Shown here: piece by piece, positions 61,201 to 64,000 of the stretch
Numbering within the stretch: the first letter of the stretch is position 1
Layout: each line of letters starts with the position of its first letter
Translations under genes and position numbers: made by a program
Origin: Auanema rhodensis
Lineage: Eukaryota; Animalia; Nematoda
Reading direction: 5' to 3'
Assembly (NCBI GenBank): GCA_964057225.1
Contig: OZ059895.1
Location: forward strand, 13,330,001 to 13,394,000
Length of the DNA: 64,000 nucleotides
The notes under the pieces: generated by a model
Database searches by the model: none
The model's input: only the letters and a program-made list of their open reading frames with translations
Told to the model about the DNA's origin: nothing

Positions 61201-64000
61201 GAATGTTAGATATAACGTAGATTTGTTTTTGCGTTATTGCGTTGAGTGCTCGAAAATCAGTCACAAATCTGTACGTTTTATCCTTTTTCTTGACCAATAT
61301 TACGGGACTGGTAGTCATAGAAAAAGATGGCTCAATTATTCCTTGTTCTAACATTTCCTCCACTTGTTTTTCTACTTCTTCTTGTTGTGATAGAGGTATT
61401 CTGTACGTGATCTTGAAAGATGGAACTTTTCCTTCGATGATCGGGATGCTATGTTCCACTGGTCCTTTGAAAAGTCCAATATTGCGATCCTCGTTTAAGA
61501 AAGCTTCCTTGTTTCTGAGCACTATTTTCTTTAACTGTTGTCTCTCTAGCTGAGTAAAGATGGTGTTTGTTACATCGAGGTCTTTTATAAAGTCCTCTGG
61601 GAAGTATGGTAGTTGATCTTCCCATCTTGCTTCTGGTGGCACATATTGTCCTTTTTGCTCCTCCGTGTTTTTCGGGATAGCGTAAGCTGTTCCAATGCCT
61701 TGATTTGTCTGTACTACAATTGTGTCTGGAGAGATATTTGTAGCAAATATCTGAACTCCATATCCCGTTGGGGTGAAAGTAGTAGGGGCGAAACTCATTT
61801 TTCCTGTCCGCTGTGAACTTCTAATGAAAGCTTGTTCGTAAGAGGCGGGATCGTCTACTTCCAATGTAAGCGATCTGGTTTCTCCTGGGTAGAACTGTTT
61901 AGTTTCCAGGCTTACGACGTGTGCTATCGTGTGGTTCTCAGTCCATGGCGCGTAGTCTTGTGCTAAAGGTACTATTGTGTCTCCAATTAGTAGTGAATTT
62001 TGTAGTGGTCGTAAAGATGTATTTATTCCTATTTTGTTGAGAGCTTCTATAAAGTCTATTCCTAATAATATTGGTGCTGGGCAGTGGTTGTTGGCAGAAA
62101 TCAGTACTTTGTGCTCGATTTCTGTCTTCCCGATAATAATTGGGATTCTTGTGTAGCCCAGGAAAGAAAATCGTGATTTGTTTGCTACAATGGCTGTTGT
62201 CTTTTCCATAACCATTGTTGCTGCCGGTAGTTGTTGAAATGTACTTTCCTTCATGTATGATATAGAAGCTCCTGTGTCCCATAAAGCAGTAAAGATCTGA
62301 TTGTGAATGGAGAGAGGTACGAAAGGTAGTCGTGATCCTCCGATGTAGTTAATCCTTGATTCTTTCATAGCGTACCGTGGTAGATAGGCGAAAAAGTCAT
62401 TATCTGATAGTGGGGCGTCAGGATCATATCGAGAGGTTCTTGTATATAATTTCTCTTGCTGAGAAGTGACTAGTGGTTTTAATTCGAATTGTTTGTCCTC
62501 TCCTCTTGGTTCTTCGTCTTGTTCGTTGAATGTGATTTGATTGATTGGTATCCTTGTGGTACCTGCATATATTTTTAATGCCCAAATGGTAACAGTTATG
62601 AGTCCTATTGTGACGATGATTGCTCCAATAATAGCTAGTGTCCTTAGTATCCATGCTGTAATTGATTCTCCTATGTATCCAAAGAAATTTGTGATTTGTT
62701 TCTCCGCGTTGTTTGATATGTTATCTGCTATCATTAATGTCGTTCCAACTGTTCCTCCTATAATTCCTATTGGATTCAGATTGGATAGTCCAGAATGTTT
62801 GAAGACTGGTTTCAATTTTCCTGGCATAGTTGCTTGTAAAGATGCTAGGCTAGAGCCGTAGGAAATAGCCAGTGCCATTGGAAATGTTGACTCCGTGAGG
62901 TTTGAAAATATGTTGGAATTGTTAAACTTAATGTGATCAATTTTTACAGATGTGAGTTCATCCGAAAATGAGAAGTTAGTCACATTCAATGTTGAATTAT
63001 CTTTCATCCATTGATTGTTTTCTCTGTAGGGATCTGATGTAGCCATATCGCATGCTATGATGTGGGCATATGGTGTTAAATCTCTGGATCCTGGTGTGAT
63101 GAAGAGTTTTCCGTGATGATCTGTGTCTACCGGTGTCTCCAGGTAACATTTATCGTCTCGTTTGTGATCCGAGTATACACGTGTTACTTGTACAGGGGTG
63201 CATGGCATGACGTAAATAAGATGTTCTCCAACAAACTTTGCTGAAATATCCTGTCGACGAAGCATAGTGCGAATTCCTATAGTCGGATTAATCTGCAGGA
63301 TAGCCCACCAGGTAAGTAGCTGCTTATTTTGCATTCTGCATACGCTTTTCTTTGTTATTTGGAAAGATTGTAAGATTTCCTCCTCTAGTTTTGACGTAGA
63401 GTATTGGAGGTGGGACCTTGTATCTTGTTGACGTAGTTGATCGTCGTATTTTTGAATGATATCTGCTCGTGTTCGTAGGAAATTGAGGTGGGCTTGTGAT
63501 CCAGTGTGAGATTTGATTTCCTCAATCGGTTGGGTCGTTGTTGCTCGCTTTGTAGTAGTCCGAGTTGTTTGAAGTGTCCTAGTAGATTCCCTGCGGGATG
63601 TGGTGGTGAGAGGACGTGGTGGTGGAGTTACTGGAGTTGTTGTACTCTGGTAATAATAATATCTCCTTGGTGTAGTTGTAGTTTGAGGTGGAGACGTCCG
63701 ATGAGTAGTAGTTGTCGGGGCAGTTGTTGTAGTAGTCGATGTAGTGGTTGTGGTGGTTGTAGTAGTGGTGGTTGTGGGGCTAGCACCAGGTGACTCAATG
63801 AGCTGAAGATATGCTTGTTGAAATAATTTGCTGTCTTCATCCGTGATAGGTCTGATTGTAGGTTGATTTTTGGGCAACCCATAATTTTGTGCGTGTCCGT
63901 TGAAGATGAGGGTATAGTTGGGAAAGACGATTGCTGACGAATTTGCCTGTTTTGTGAGATCTGCCCATTTCTTATTTTCTGTCTCTCTTTGTTCTTTTGA
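58265..64000 (-). CDS. E4 polyprotein, partial: Env C-half, TM, protease, RT, RNase H, integrase
   Basis: Frame is open to the window edge (SKEQRETENKKW..PNYTLIF matches E2). TM ~62575-62645, LWDTGA ~62270, YLDD ~60960, integrase motifs. Confidence 0.94.
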   Translation of the reverse strand, partial: SKEQRETENKKWADLTKQANSSAIVFPNYTLIFNGHAQNYGLPKNQPTIRPITDEDSKLFQQAYLQLIESPGASPTTTTTTTTTTTTSTTTTTAPTTTTHRTSPPQTTTTPRRYYYYQSTTTPVTPPPRPLTTTSRRESTRTLQTTRTTTKRATTTQPIEEIKSHTGSQAHLNFLRTRADIIQKYDDQLRQQDTRSHLQYSTSKLEEEILQSFQITKKSVCRMQNKQLLTWWAILQINPTIGIRTMLRRQDISAKFVGEHLIYVMPCTPVQVTRVYSDHKRDDKCYLETPVDTDHHGKLFITPGSRDLTPYAHIIACDMATSDPYRENNQWMKDNSTLNVTNFSFSDELTSVKIDHIKFNNSNIFSNLTESTFPMALAISYGSSLASLQATMPGKLKPVFKHSGLSNLNPIGIIGGTVGTTLMIADNISNNAEKQITNFFGYIGESITAWILRTLAIIGAIIVTIGLITVTIWALKIYAGTTRIPINQITFNEQDEEPRGEDKQFELKPLVTSQQEKLYTRTSRYDPDAPLSDNDFFAYLPRYAMKESRINYIGGSRLPFVPLSIHNQIFTALWDTGASISYMKESTFQQLPAATMVMEKTTAIVANKSRFSFLGYTRIPIIIGKTEIEHKVLISANNHCPAPILLGIDFIEALNKIGINTSLRPLQNSLLIGDTIVPLAQDYAPWTENHTIAHVVSLETKQFYPGETRSLTLEVDDPASYEQAFIRSSQRTGKMSFAPTTFTPTGYGVQIFATNISPDTIVVQTNQGIGTAYAIPKNTEEQKGQYVPPEARWEDQLPYFPEDFIKDLDVTNTIFTQLERQQLKKIVLRNKEAFLNEDRNIGLFKGPVEHSIPIIEGKVPSFKITYRIPLSQQEEVEKQVEEMLEQGIIEPSFSMTTSPVILVKKKDKTYRFVTDFRALNAITQKQIYVISNIQDILDLAAGARIFSNFDLVSGFFQIPLRSEDRHLTAFTTTSGTYQYCRMPMGLCGAPHTFQNAVRYLQQHVRCKLFVYLDDLLLISESTTKHLQDIDEVLNASAELGLKIKLKKCTFGQQEVKFLGFIVGHEGIKPDPQKVKAIRDYPRPKSITGVRAFMGVVNYFRRFIRNAAGIASPLYELTKKDTAFKWGDAEEQAFQQLKQILCQAPVLQAPIAKRPYVIESDGSIIAVGAVLLQAKDDKEPLHPIAFASRKLNKAERNYPPIEIEALALTFAVHQFRTYILGTPIRIITDHRPLTSLMTRKDLIGRLAKFQIVLQEYDIEIVYRPGRLNSVCDALSRYFEDEVNEAKERKKKPKETPTHKISTISTITDLRTIQGNTEWIMETKEKIRNKTAGRQLMDRYIVVNDALYAKPKTALQTPRAILPNDPAITIPIIEKFHKDPILGAHLGINKTQDSILRRYTWTGIQDDITRYVNRCLDCAKRKNNPHEATVEPMRNFPTVTHPWERVHMDILGPLPRTAKDNRYILSIQDAFSKWIIAIPLIRQTSEEIVSAIKTHLFYVFGPPKKIITDNGANFVSKEFKSMCDNLGSEHHTTMPYYKNANGQVERLHRTLEEALTSYVNDDQDNWDIILPKIVFTMNRLPNATTRTPPYDCLFGQTARLPIDKDLETPGATIKNAPDLHEKIHERIELNNERMKKKYDENHRTQEREIFVENRALVKRAKPANKLQTTSDGPYIIKEIKGNNVILADSEGNTIIAHKNNIRYFPPDDNNVEESEHNRNDSAPAIYSDGSQQDTENTRAKNSTPTATSISDSESDNEDEFYEQSRPSITPQETIAPQEITRETQQDNYQPETGPNTADKSATDKDENNLFQQLVDKIGEETRQELYEERRKEIPTTKRWSSALKLALGIEDKNPITAPKPFHVPIRYNSVIPTLESKNRLTRSQIPDAHFNSPKTPVVRKKRPSTVIGATTTI

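Larger units (their letters stand above)
56845..64000 (-). mobile_element. E4: env-bearing Ty3/Gypsy LTR retrotransposon, 3' part (continues past the window)
   Basis: 3' LTR 56845-57183 with ends similar to the E1 LTR, ORF3, and an Env-Pol ORF closely homologous to E2. Confidence 0.95.

Overview
Eukaryotic, AT-rich window, most likely from a nematode (inferred from a 5S sequence that closely resembles C. elegans 5S). The backbone is a tandem 5S rDNA array: 529-530 bp unit, 42 full 5S genes on the minus strand, and no SL1 gene in the spacer. Four different but related Ty3/Gypsy LTR retrotransposons interrupt the array, plus the end of a fifth, inverted copy. All are inserted 47-90 bp upstream of a 5S start site, co-oriented with it, and the complete ones have 4-bp TSDs. 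Elements E2 (12974-25296), E3 (34786-46251) and E4 (56845->64000) each encode one uninterrupted polyprotein. In E2 and E3 the order is Gag - signal peptide - class III-like envelope glycoprotein - TM - protease - RT - RNase H - integrase, so env lies between gag and pol; for E4 only the part from mid-Env onward is in the window. The elements use a tRNA-Gln PBS, have non-canonical LTR ends (TG..CG or CG..CG), and carry a covarying hairpin where a polypurine tract should be. E1, E2 and E4 also carry a 3' accessory ORF bracketed by inverted repeats. E1 (2513-11382) is a gag/env/pol-deleted derivative that captured about 4.5 kb of the 5' end of a nege/kita-like (+)RNA virus (capping MTase, OTU protease, FtsJ MTase). 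E1 has identical LTRs and is duplicated as a large inverted repeat at the window start. All calls come from reading the sequence by eye; no database searches were run.
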